A stretch of DNA of 63,128 nucleotides, the filler included, from Octopus bimaculoides (taxonomy: Eukaryota): assembly GCF_001194135.2 (NCBI RefSeq). It is 3 parts of 2 records of this genome, joined end to end, with 100 filler letters (N's around TTAATTAATTAA, not from the genome) between each part and the next. Parts side by side here need not be neighbours in the genome. Positions count along the whole stretch, not along the records: positions 28,014 to 53,735 come from NC_069004.1; positions 53,836 to 63,128 come from NC_068983.1; 1 more part is not named here. The stretch is one strand, 5' to 3'. This document shows, in pieces, positions 49,680-62,467 of this stretch. A model generated the notes under the pieces. It saw only the letters and a list, made by a program, of their open reading frames with translations, was not told the DNA's origin and ran no database searches. Numbering within the stretch: position 1 is the stretch's first letter; the number at the start of each line of letters is the position of its first letter. Made by a program: the position numbers and the translations under genes.

Positions 49680-50088
49680 TGGTGGCATGTAAAGAACACC
49701 TTTCAAGTATTGGGCCTCATGGAGGCAAAGTGGCTGAGTTCCTTTTGAGTGTTGGGCCTCACAGAGGCAATGACCAGGGCCTTTGGCATTGTGTTGTGAA
49801 GACCCATCAAGCTGAGCAAAATCGCAGTCGTGGCAGATATCGAGCAGGATCACGGCCAGAGCAGCGGTCTCACTTCCATGCCGGTGGCACATAAAAAGCA
49901 CCATTTGAGCGCGATCGTTTCCAGCTTCGCCTTACTGGCACTTGTGCCGGTGGCATGTGAACAAAACATTGGACTGACTCCTGTGCAGGTAGCACGTAAA
50001 AAAACACCATTTGAGCATGGCCGTTGCCAGTACCGCCGGACTAGCCCTCATGCTGGTGGCACATAAAAAGTACCCACTACACTTTCAG
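49680..50088 (+). mobile_element. RTE LINE 3' end: last ORF2 codons plus 3' UTR, truncated by a gap
   Basis: LGLTEAMT..LWHCVVKTHQAE-like C-terminus, then repeated ggtggcacataaaaagcacc motifs shared with the short copies. Confidence 0.75.
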
Positions 50089-50610
50089 NNNNNNNNNNNN
50101 NNNNNNNNNNNNNNNNNNNNNNNNNNNNNNNNNNNNNNNNNNNNNNNNNNNNNNNNNNNNNNNNNNNNNNNNNNNNNNNNNNNNNNNNNNNNNNNNNNNN
50201 NNNNNNNNNNNNNNNNNNNNNNNNNNNNNNNNNNNNNNNNNNNNNNNNNNNNNNNNNNNNNNNNNNNNNNNNNNNNNNNNNNNNNNNNNNNNNNNNNNNN
50301 NNNNNNNNNNNNNNNNNNNNNNNCACACACACACACACACACACACACACGATGTGTTTCTTTCAGTTTCCGTCTACCAAATCTACTCGCAAGGCTTTGG
50401 TCAGCCCGAGGCTATAGTAGAAGACACCCAAGGTGCCACGCAGTGGGACTGAACCCAGAACCATTTTGGTTGGTAAGCAAGCTACTTACCACACAGCCAC
50501 TCCTGCGCCTAGCCACTCGTTTTTAGTAATGTGCATGGGTACACTTCCAATATGTTTGCTGCAATTCATTGTGCTTCTCATTGTTGTTTACACATATCTA
50601 TCTATCATAT

Positions 50611-50656
<46 letters not shown>

Positions 50657-50805
50657 TTCTATGAAGGCTTCACTGCACACATGTTTCTTCTGACTGTGTG
50701 TGCATGTGTGTGAACTTGAAAATGAAATTATTGATTTCTTTGCATCAGAATATAAATAGAACATTAGTGTGGCTTGGATAATTGCAAAGTGGTGGTGGTG
50801 GTGGC

Positions 50806-50838
<33 letters not shown>

Positions 50839-51009
50839 GCTGTTGTTAATGGCCTTATTAATATTCAGTCTGGGGAAAAAATGGTGACCTGGTAGAAACA
50901 GCAGAGAAAAAAGGCTGTTCACCTTGAAATGTTTTGTCACATTTGTTTTATGGTATTTTGAGTTCAAATCTTACTCAGCTCAACTGTTGCTTTACGATTA
51001 TGTGAACAT

Positions 51010-51087
51010 TGTTTGAAAATGGTTGTTTGAAAGTGTTTGTTTGAAAATGGTTGTTTGAAGAAGACTGTTTGAAGACGACTGTTTGAA
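51010..51087. repeat. 14-bp-period array, 6 x TGTTTGAA with variable 6-bp spacers
   Basis: Cores at 51010, 51024, 51038, 51052, 51066 and 51080. Confidence 0.9.
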
Positions 51088-51206
51088 ATTCACTCACTCA
51101 CAGTGGAGTGGCATCATTCAAAAGCTAAAATGATGCAAAGCGTATTGTGCCCGGTGATGTTGTACATCGATGTCATGTGATCAACCAGACTATCAGATGT
51201 TATATA

Positions 51207-52113
51207 TTGGCTCAGCCCAGAAATAAAGTGGTTCTTTTATACTTCTTTTATTTTTCAAAATTAAGATAAACAAAGTTCTTTTTTTAATCTAAAGTATACT
51301 CCCCTTCATTTTCTACAATGCTCTTCCATCTATCTGGTAGACTCACAAGGCCCCTCTTCCAAAATTCATGTTTGTGATGGAAAATACTCCTCCAGTACTA
51401 TTCTGACCTCGTCTACAGAATTCATATTTTTTCCGTCCAAATGATTTTGAAGATTGCAGAATAAATGATAATCAAATGGGGCAATGTCTGGTGAATATGG
51501 TGGGTGGGGCATCATTTCCTATTCAAACAATTCCAGCCTTTGGAATGTTATCCTCGCTGTATGTGGCCAAGCATTATCCTGATGAAAGAACACCTTTCAT
51601 CTTGAAACCCAACACGGTCGTTTTTCTTCTGGTGCAGGTGTCGATGAATGGTTGAATGACGAAATCCAAGCTTCTCTGCTAGTTCCTTAAGTTACAATGT
51701 GATTTTGTTCCACAGGGTTTGCAGGATGCCCTCGTCAAGCTCTACAGATCTTCCAGGATGAGGCTTGTCTTCTAGGCTGTAGTTTCCGGCTCGGAATTTC
51801 TGGAACCACCGTTGACACTGGCTTACGCTTATTGTCCGATCCCCCATTTACTGCATTAATATTCCTCGCATTTTCCATTGCATTGTTGCCTTTATTGAAC
51901 TCATAAAGCAAAATATGCCAAATATTCTCCTTTGTTACTTCAATTATAGCTTTGAAAAAATAACTGTTAAAATCGAACTGCACTCTTCAAAACTTGCACT
52001 AAGAATAAGGGCAAGGTAAAATTACTACCTGCTTTTATAGCAAGTTGATGTGTGTAGTTTATCCTGTTCCCCTCCGACTTTTGGTTTATGCAGTTATTTA
52101 TGGGATGACTCAA
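51207..52113 (-). mobile_element. M1 mariner internal-deletion derivative (about 385 bp missing)
   Basis: Both TIRs present with TA flanks. Colinear with 1035-2326 except for a jump at about 51635. Confidence 0.92.
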
Positions 52114-52429
52114 TACATTTGATAGTCAGGTTGGTCACTTGACACATCATGTGATGTGTGTGCCGCACAGTGGGACTGAACTCAAGACCACATGGTTGCA
52201 AAGTAAGCTTTTTAACCACCTAGCCATGCCTGTGCTCATGATGATGATGGTGATGAATCGTGCATGATGATGGAGTGGCTACAATGTGACCACAGAGCTG
52301 CTCCTTCCTATGGAGTATTCGCAAGTATCTTGCAGGGAGTATCTCTGCACCACTTGTACTACCACCACAACCACCACACTGCTACTGCAAATACTACTTG
52401 TTAGGTCTGTTAGAAATAACTGCCAAATC

Positions 52430-53472
52430 TCCTCATGCCACCACCACCACCACCACCACCACCACAACAACTACTACTACTACTTTCATTTCTACTAGTA
52501 CTACCACCACCAACATCACTACCATCAATCATTACCCCTTTACTACTACTACTACTACTACTAATAATAATAATAATACTACCACCACCACTACTACCAC
52601 TGCTGTCACCCCAGTTTTTAACATCTGTGATTGGCTGTGAACTGTTTGTGTGTGTGTGTAAATTGATCAGATCAATATCTGACAAAAAAACCCTATTTCC
52701 CACTGAAGGTATTGGGGACCCGAGTGGGGTGAGGGTGGGGAGTGTAGTGATGGTGTGGTGGTGTCAGTTTGGTGGGTGGGGGAGGAGGAAAATAAAACCA
52801 ACAAAAATACCTGGTTTCCAGTAAAGTTGGCTTTTTTTCTTTTTTAAAGTTCACATGCACACCCACACCCATACAACGTACATACACACACACACACACA
52901 CAGAGGCAAAACAGGCCAGTGCCCCCCCCACACACACCTTTACAGCAAAAGCATATATAATATGCATACGTGCACACTCTTAAAACACATACACACACAT
53001 ACATACTACATACATACACACACACATGCCACATGCACACATTCACACACAACACCCACATACAATATACAAAACATACCACACACACACATACCACATG
53101 CACACACATACACACATGCAAAACATATCACGCGCACACATATAACATACCACACACACACTCATCCTGAAAACATATGCACACACACACACACACTCAC
53201 AAAACATACTTGCAAAACACATACAATGCATGCACACACACATGCAAAGCATATCACATGCCTCATAACATGCCACATGCATACACACACACACACTGCA
53301 AACACGTATACAATGCACACACACACACTGCAAACACATATACAATGCACACACACACACACACCTTCAACCCAACACCTGTTTTGTCACCTCCCAAATG
53401 TTCATAAGCATTCTTTCCCACACACAAACCTATGGTCTTACATAGATACACATACTTTTCTATGCCTTATTG

Positions 53473-53530
<58 letters not shown>
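52430..53530. repeat. (CAC/TAC/AAT)n and cryptic CA-rich low-complexity region. Similar: 49125-49325, 58940-59350, 32640-32835
   Basis: Direct reading. Confidence 0.9.
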
Positions 53531-53536
<6 letters not shown>

Positions 53537-53735
53537 CATGTGCCTGTGGAGTGCTCAGCCACATGCACATTAATTTCATGAAGCAGGCTGTTTTATTGAC
53601 CAAACCAACTGGAACCACTCGTCATAACCACCAGAGGGCCGGGCCTGTCTTTGGTTTTGTGTGACCCTGGTTTTTCTCTCTCTCTTGTCTTGTTATTTCA
53701 CTAAATTATTCATTATTTTCAAATTTCAACAGAAA

Positions 53736-53835
53736 NNNNNNNNNNNNNNNNNNNNNNNNNNNNNNNNNNNNNNNNNNNNTTAATTAATTAANNNNNNNNN
53801 NNNNNNNNNNNNNNNNNNNNNNNNNNNNNNNNNNN
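53736..53835. other. Artificial scaffold-join linker 44N-TTAATTAATTAA-44N
   Basis: Same structure as 27914-28013. Confidence 0.9.
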
Positions 53836-55938
53836 CACATAACTGTGCAACAAGGTGGAAGAGAGAGTACTCAAATACCAGAAGTAGAGTAATATGCTTA
53901 ATTTAAAAGCAGCAGAAATATAACAAAAATCTGTTACTCGGAGTTTCACGTTTCCGTTCACTGGACAGTTTTGTTAGAAATGTAGAGAAATGACGATGCA
54001 ATGAAAACTAATATAAAATTAAAACACATGGATCTGTTTCATTGGTCGTTTCAGATAACTCTGGGAATCTACTGGTCGATTACATCGAAACCAGTGTTCA
54101 ACTCTCACTCATTTTATCGATCCAGAAATGAATGAATCGCATATCCGACCCCAAGGAATCCGAGAAAATGCCGCTAAACATTGATCCCGCTGTGCTAACA
54201 GTTCTAGCAGTTCTCCGCCTACATATCATTATATGATATTAGAAGATACAATACATCATTTGCAGTTGCTTTGATGCATTGTATATATGTTGTATATTAT
54301 GCAATTAGGTGTAAAATTTCTATGAGAATACTACACCGTATGCACATGAATCGTAATGCATTAGCATTTTAAAGCTGTATAGCATGTCATGCATTGTAGG
54401 TGGCAAATTTAAAGGAAGCAGTGCATGTCCAACTTTTTCAAGAAATCGGAAAAAAAGTGTGACAATGAATAAAGGAGAATTTATTTGAAAAACCTAAGAG
54501 GAAGAAAGAGAGAGCATGGCATTAAGTGAGTATATCATCGAGAAAGATATAAAGTAAAAGGGCGAAGGAAGAAATAGATAAGGAGGAATGAAAGGAGAGG
54601 ATAAATGAAAGATGAGTTATTAAAGTGTAGGAGAAAGAATGTTGACAATGTGTAAAGAGATTTAAAGAAAGTAACATAGTGAAAGGAAAAATGGAAAGCA
54701 GAAAAAAAAAAAGGAAAAGGGTAAATAAATAAACGGAAAATTTTGAAAGAGCCAAACTGTCAGTTTATGGAAGTATTATATATAATCAAATAATGAGAGC
54801 TGTAAGTGTAGGTGAATAAGTAAAATCTATCGTAAGGAAGAAAGTAATGGTAGACATAAAAGACAACATATTGTGTATAGAGTTTGTGCAGTCACTTGTT
54901 AAGAATCTCGTCTTTGTCGCTGTGCATTGGTTAAATAAGGCGCCAGTAGAGGAAACATATGCGAGAAAGAAGTACTAACACTAACAGACGTAAAGAAGGA
55001 AACATAAGAGCAAACAAAATAAATAATAATAATAGAATGTAAAGCTACACAAATTCAATTACAAAAATTATCATTTTGGGAATAAATTACAAATAAGCTT
55101 ATTATGCATAAAAATGCACGAGAAAATACTGATCTAGAAAATATGTACTAATATCAGCAGTTAGAAATTCGTTATCAGCAACGGAAACACTATCGGTTCA
55201 AAGTAGCATACAGTAAGTAATTTGTTAACCACTTGTATATCGATAGCGGCTAATTTTTTCAAAGAATACGATTGATTGTGGATTCTTGTAAGTGATGATG
55301 ACGGAAGAAGCAGAAATGAAGATATACAAATTAGACCGTCATTGTAAGACGTTTTTCGTCTGCTTCTGACATACTTCTGTTAGTTTGAGCACTATATGTT
55401 TACGCGAGAGGTTTTCTCGAGACGAATACCGTACTTCATTTCACGTTAATCCACTCCACTCAGCTAAAACTGAGCAACGGGAATCCCTCCACCTCTCATG
55501 TGCTCTGTTTCCCACTATGCTTTATTATTTTTCTCTCTACCTCTTGCTCTGTCTTTTGGGTGCATATATTTATATATGTGCATATTCATTTCATCATTTA
55601 AGTTATATATTTAATATCTTTGCTTATCATGCGTTCTGAGTTCAAATTCCGTCGAGGTCGACTTTGCCTTTCATCCTTTCGCGTTCGATAAATTAACGAC
55701 CGGTTGTGTACTAGGGTCGATCTAATCGTCTGGTCCCTCCCCCAAAATTGCGGGCATTGTGCCTACAGTAGAAAAGAATATCTTTGTTTATCTCCAACAT
55801 AGTTTCTTTCTTATTTCTTCTTTTCTTTGTTTGTCTGCTTCTCTCATTCATTCATTCATTCAATTATTCATTTCTTTCTTTCTTTCTCTTTTCCTTTTAC
55901 TATCGCACCTCATTTCTCTCTATATATTAACTTTCTCT

Positions 55939-56280
55939 CTTCTAGGCTGTAGTTTCAGGTTCGGGATTTCTGGAACCACAGTTGACACTGGCTTACGTTT
56001 ATTGTCCGATCCCCATATACTGCATTAATATTCCTCGCACTTTCCGTTGTGTTGTTGTCTTTGTTAATATCTTAATTTGCTCCTTTGTCACTTCCATTAT
56101 AGCTTTGAAAAATAACTGCTGATATCGAACTGCATACTTCAAAACTCTCATTAAGAATAAGGTCAAAGTAAAATTACTACCTACCTTTCTTGCAAGTTGA
56201 TACAGGTAAACTATCCAGTCCCCTCCGACTTTTAGTACATGTAATTGAAAAAAAAACGCATTATTTATGGGATGAACCAA
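55939..56280 (-). mobile_element. M1 mariner 5' fragment
   Basis: TIR cattatttatgggatgaaccaa followed by TA. Reverse-complement match to about 1035-1390. Confidence 0.9.
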
Positions 56281-57264
56281 TATATTCATACTTAGATACA
56301 TAACAGATTGATACATTCATGACCCAATATTTATACACACATACACATGTATATACATAATCACACACACATATTCACACACACACATACACACACACAC
56401 GCATACGCATACACGCACGCACACACNNNNNNNNNNCACACACACACGCATACGCATACACGCACGCACACACTGTCACACACACACGCACACACGCACG
56501 CACACACTGTCACACACACTCACATATACATAGATTGATACATATACACATTTATATGTACACTTATGCATATGCATAACTACTTCCGCGTGTAGGTATG
56601 CATACTCACATATAACAGTGTAGATATATGGAGTATATTTATAAATGTAGACTTATATACGCACAAATTATTTGTTAATCTCCTGCATTGTTTTTATTCA
56701 CTTTGAAATTTATGTACTTATTGTGTAAACAGTTCATAATTATCTCTTTTCTGCTGTTAAAAGTGTCATCCCCAGGAATTTCCAGTGCTTTATTAAACAT
56801 AATAGAGAGCGGCGTAGTATATAATATAGGTAGATTTCTAATCTATATTATTTGATTTTATGCCATGCATATATTCGGAAAGTTATGTTGTGTGAGCGCG
56901 CCTTGTTTTGAAATCGCTTCTTTTTTTTAAGAAAAAATATTTCGGAGAATCAATGTAAAATTTAATGCTGTCTGTGTTAAAACATTGCATTTGTAGTGAG
57001 CAATTTCCGTTCAGAGGACAATATAATGGATCATGGAAATTATAGTTGGTTACTTCTTGGCATTATGCATGTCGTGTCATCTTTGTTGATGATGTTTTGA
57101 AATTAATATTTTCTATGTAATTGATACATTCATTATGCCCTTTCTAATTTAAGCATCATCGTAATACAAAACATTCTTATTGAAGATCCTATTAACAACT
57201 GACAAGCTGGATATTCTGATTGATTTATTTTTCATTAGTCCATTGTTCATTTGTCGCGGATATT

Positions 57265-57480
57265 AAGGCAGCGAGCTGGCAGAAACGTTATCACACCGGC
57301 CGAAATGCTTAGCGATATTTCGTGTGTCTTCACGTTATGAGTTCAAATTCCGCCGAAGTCGACTTTGCCTTTCATCCTTTCGGGGTCGATAAATTAAGTA
57401 CCTTTCGTATACTGGGTCCGATCGAATCGACTGACCACATTCCCCCAAATTTCTGGCCTTATGTCTTAGAGTAGAAAGGA
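57265..57480 (+). mobile_element. SINE family B (tRNA head plus conserved ttgcctttcatcctttcggggtcgataaattaagtacc core). Other + copies: 32905-33110, 38175-38312, 38600-38770, 47944-48140, 55630-55775
   Basis: B box gagttcaaattcc. The shared central core resembles, from memory, the Meta/Sauria-type SINE domain (unverified). Confidence 0.85.
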
Positions 57481-57744
57481 ATTTGTATTGGATGTTTGGA
57501 AAGTTTATGTAGCTTAAATTTTGTTTATGATACGAAAAATAAAGGCCTGTCTGTAATTCAAGCGTAAGCTCTTCAAAATTCACGTTCTTTGAATCGTTCG
57601 AAAATTTGACCGAAAGATTAAAGATTTCAAAGAATTTCAGTACTTTTAAGCGAGTTCAAGATTTCAAAGAAAATGAGCACTTTTCCCACGAATTCATTCG
57701 AAGTTGGCAGCTGAGGACTTATTTTGTTATATATACGCACAGTT

Positions 57745-57900
57745 GTGAACGTGTGGTAAGAAGCTTGCTTCCCATCCCTGTGGTTCCGGGATCAGTCCCA
57801 CTGCGTGGCACTTTGGACGCGTGTCTTCTACTATACCCTCGGGCCGACAAAATCCTTTTGAGTCAATTTGGTACGCGGAAACCGAAAGATGCCCATCGTA
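57745..57900 (+). mobile_element. SINE family A head
   Basis: gtggtaagaagcttgcttccc..gggatcagtcccactgcgtggcac..gtcttctactata. Confidence 0.8.
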
Positions 57901-57955
57901 TATATGTGCGTGTGTGAGTCTGTGTGTGTATACATAGACAGGCACAGAGAGAGAT

Positions 57956-58009
<54 letters not shown>

Positions 58010-58013
<4 letters not shown>

Positions 58014-58395
58014 TGAGAGTATGCATGTGGTTCTCTGTGTGTATGCATACCCTCATGTTTGTATGAATCTATGCATTTTACCTAGTAAAACTATGAGTAT
58101 TTACAATTAGTCATTTTGAAATATAACAAATGGCCATTGGATACCTATCTTTTCTCTCAGTTTTCTCTCTTTTCTTTTTGTGCTCTGTTCTTCTTCCTCT
58201 TTTTATTACCTATTCGCGNNNNNNNNNNNNNNNNNNNNNNNNNNNNNNNNNNNNNNNNNNNNNNNNNNNNNNNNNNNNNNNNNNNNNNNNNNNNNNNNNN
58301 NNNNNNNNNNNNNNNNNNNNNNNNNNNNNNNNNNNNNNNNNNNNNNNNNNNNNNNNNNNNNNNNNNNNNNNNNNNNNNNNNNNNNNNNNNNNNNN

Positions 58396-58455
<60 letters not shown>

Positions 58456-58660
58456 TGAGAGTATGCATGTGGTTCTCTGTGTGTATGCATACCCTCATGT
58501 TTGTATGAATCTATGCATTTTACCTAGTAAAACTATGAGTATTTACAATTAGTCATTTTGAAATATAACAAATGGCCATTGGATACCTATCTTTTCTCTC
58601 AGTTTTCTCTCTTTTCTTTTTGTGCTCTGTTCTTCTTCCTCTTTTTATTACCTATTCGCG
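58010..58660. other. 209-bp identical duplication flanking a gap (58010-58218 = 58452-58660), probable assembly artefact
   Basis: Identical by eye. Both copies are preceded by (GA)n and separated by Ns. Confidence 0.85.
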
Positions 58661-58946
58661 TTCCTTCTCTTTTACTCTCCCTCTCGTTTCTTAATCCTTC
58701 CGTACCCTTCTCTGTGACATGCTTTCTGTTTCGCTTTCAAAATACTTACACAATGCCTCGACACTTATCGACATCTTGATGTCAGTTGTCTGTGACTTAA
58801 TGAAATAAAGCTTTCCCTGATGATCTGTTCTGGTTAAGCATCCGAATTCACTAGGAACACACAAAGCAGTGTTCCAGGCAGCCATGATTGTGAAACATTC
58901 ATGGAAAATAATTTGAAATTGCTTTCTCGTCATTTGCCACACACAC

Positions 58947-59037
<91 letters not shown>

Positions 59038-59212
59038 CACGCATACATACATGCATATGTATATATACATATGTATATATACATATGTATATATATATGT
59101 ATCAATCTATCTATATTGTATATATATATTTATATATATGTATATATATCTGCGTGAATCTAATTTCATATATACATATGCATAAATACTTATATATAGA
59201 TATATATATATA

Positions 59213-59284
<72 letters not shown>

Positions 59285-59894
59285 TATGTATATATATACC
59301 TACACACACACACACATATATATATATACACATACACACGCACACACACATGTGTATGTATGTCTGTGGAGGAGGGGGGCTTTATCATTATAATTGTTAT
59401 CGGAATTTTTGGGTTCCATAAAAATTTAAGTGTTCTGTTTGGCACAATCTGCAAGAAGTATTCGCACCGCATTCTTTTTAGTCTTTCAAACGGCGTCGTA
59501 TGGTTTTATGTTTGCTAGCGCAACTTCTGTTTATATAAAGACATCTATAAAATTATGATTGCAATAAACACACACTAACGTTAAACGATATCTAAAAGCA
59601 TATGAAATTCTTACGTTCATATTGATTCTGGAATGAAAACATCAATAAATTGATTAAAAAATTAGATGCTTCAGGTATCAAATGATACTTTAATGAAGCA
59701 GTGAAATTAACAGACTTGACAAACCAGTTCTAACAATACATGGACAGTTCTAGTGTTTCCTTGAAGAAAAATGTTTCTAGAAAAACAGTAAGAAAAATAA
59801 AAGTTTAAAGAAAAGAATTGACGTATGCACTTAGTTGCAAAAGTATTTTTCATATGAATTTTAGCTCTGTTATTCACTTGAGAATATTGTATGG

Positions 59895-59940
<46 letters not shown>

Positions 59941-60657
59941 TATATCGGTAGAATGAAACTAATGCTTATGTAAAAATAAAATGGTGTATATTAATATATT
60001 TAATGTCTTCTTGCTATATAAGAAATGATAAGGAATAAATAAAATCACTGGAAAGTATTAAGTAAACAATAGTTTATATGTAGTTGTATTGTATTTCTTA
60101 TTAAATGTAATCTGATAAAACATAATTATGAAAAAAGAAACACCGTATTGTTTAACTTTGCGATTGCAGAATGGTGATTCAAGTAATATGTAGGGTGAGA
60201 TGCTAGGTAGGCAGTTAATACTGTACTATTACTGAAATTACTTTTGAGAAAACACAAAAATGTCTAAGGTATGCTTTTCGTTGTGGTATGAATGTTATAG
60301 ATTATTCATAAACAATTACATTAGTAACATAATTACTCGTCTATATTCGCTTGGTAAAACAGAAATACATTAAGGATGCGCAAGTAGAAAAAGAAGTAAA
60401 TGCTCATAATCTACCAACAGGTATTTCCAATAAATTATAAATATGAAACCCTTCATGAATTTCTTTTTATTCATACCTATTTGCATTTATTCGGAGAGAC
60501 ACGCCTGTTACACTGAAACTAGGTGCTCCTGCGCTCACTAGTATTAACGGGAGCTTTTTGCAAATGAAGTTTACATTAGACTTGCATTTATGCAAAACGT
60601 TCCTATTGCTGGAATTTGCTAGTTAAAATTTTGAGTTTTCAAAGCATAACTCTTTAT

Positions 60658-60728
<71 letters not shown>

Positions 60729-60872
60729 CGTGTTTGTCTGTCTGTCTATCTCTCTATCTATCTACCTAGCTATACACAGGCATATATATAATATAAATAT
60801 ATGTTAAAATATATATCCATAGATCTATCCACCCATCCATCCATAAATATGCATACTTGTATGTATACATAT

Positions 60873-60911
<39 letters not shown>

Positions 60912-62410
60912 CACATACACACACATATATATATATATTGTGTATAGATATGTATGTATATAGATACATGTATTGATATGCAACCCCATTATACAATTAT
61001 TAACTAAATAAATAAATTGATTTGAATGATTGAATAATGGGCCTAAATATTTGAGTATGTTATTATTGTTCTAATTCTAGATCTTAATAACCCAGAGTTG
61101 CCTCCCTTCAATTAAAAAAATATTATGAATAAACCGGTGCATATTTACATAAACATTCTACTTATAAATTAACCACCCTCCTACACCACTTGAATATAAT
61201 ATTAAAATTAATTGACTAAAGGACTGACTAACTGATTGGTTCATTAATTAACTGACTCAACACTATTACATAAAGCCTTGGATTTGAGGCATTTTGTAAG
61301 ATACAATAGCTTTTAAACATGAGGGTATATATTCAGTTGGTTCATTAATTAAGTAACTCAATACTGTTGCATTGAGCATTGAAGTTAATGTATTTTATCG
61401 GATAATATATTTTAAACATAATTTTATTGATAAATAACAACTTAGTGAAACAACTTGGACGGTCACTTTTGGATGTTGTCTCTTATTTGAATTTGGTCCG
61501 AATAACTTCAAACGTATAATTTTAACCCTCTATTACGCATATGGTTTAGTAAATATACAAATGATTCTCATAATTAGACAGATACATGTGTTATTTGACA
61601 GGTTTTTTTTTTTAAAACAAAGTTTGTAATAACTTATCTTTCGCATGCAGTCTATTAAATCTACATCCACTTAGTAAAATCAATTTAACATTNNNNNNNN
61701 NNNNNNNNNNNNNNNNNNNNNNNNNNNNNNNNNNNNNNNNNNNNNNNNNNNNNNNNNNNNNNNNNNNNNNNNNNNNNNNNNNNNNNNNNNNNNNNNNNNN
61801 NNNNNNNNNNNNNNNNNNNNNNNNNNNNNNNNNNNNNNNNNNNNNNNNNNNNNNNNNNNNNNNNNNNNNNNNNNNNNNNNNNNNNNNNNNNNNNNNNNNN
61901 NNNNNNNNNNNNNNNNNNNNNNNNNNNNNNNNNNNNNNNNNNNNNNNNNNNNNNNNNNNNNNNNNNNNNNNNNNNNNNNNNNNNNNNNNNNNNNNNNNNN
62001 NNNNNNNNNNNNNNNNNNNNNNNNNNNNNNNNNNNNNNNNNNNNNNNNNNNNNNNNNNNNNNNNNNNNNNNNNNNNNNNNNNNNNNNNNNNNNNNNNNNN
62101 NNNNNNNNNNNNNNNNNNNNNNNNNNNNNNNNNNNNNNNNNNNNNNNNNNNNNNNNNNNNNNNNNNNNNNNNNNNNNNNNNNNNNNNNNNNNNNNNNNNN
62201 NNNNNNNNNNNNNNNNNNNNNNNNNNNNNNNNNNNNNNNNNNNNNNNNNNNNNNNNNNNNNNNNNNNNNNNNNNNNNNNNNNNNNNNNNNNNNNNNNNNN
62301 NNNNNNNNNNNNNNNNNNNNNNNNNNNNNNNNNNNNNNNNNNNNNNNNNNNNNNNNNNNNNNNNNNNNNNNNNNNNNNNNNNNNNNNNNNNNNNNNNNNN
62401 NNNNNNNNNN

Positions 62411-62467
<57 letters not shown>

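Noticed and set aside
51010-51087. CRISPR-like repeat/spacer pattern
   Set aside because: An 8-bp repeat and 6-bp spacers are far too short, the context is eukaryotic and there are no cas genes.
52962-53573. His/Thr-rich ORFs (also 49091-49346 and 52398-52824 poly-T/poly-L)
   Set aside because: Translation of CA-rich and trinucleotide low-complexity DNA; no splice or homology support.
55160-55220. Possible small exon ending at A|GTAAGT
   Set aside because: No pyrimidine tract, not frame-preserving (52 nt), no similarity to TBC1D30 exon 2.
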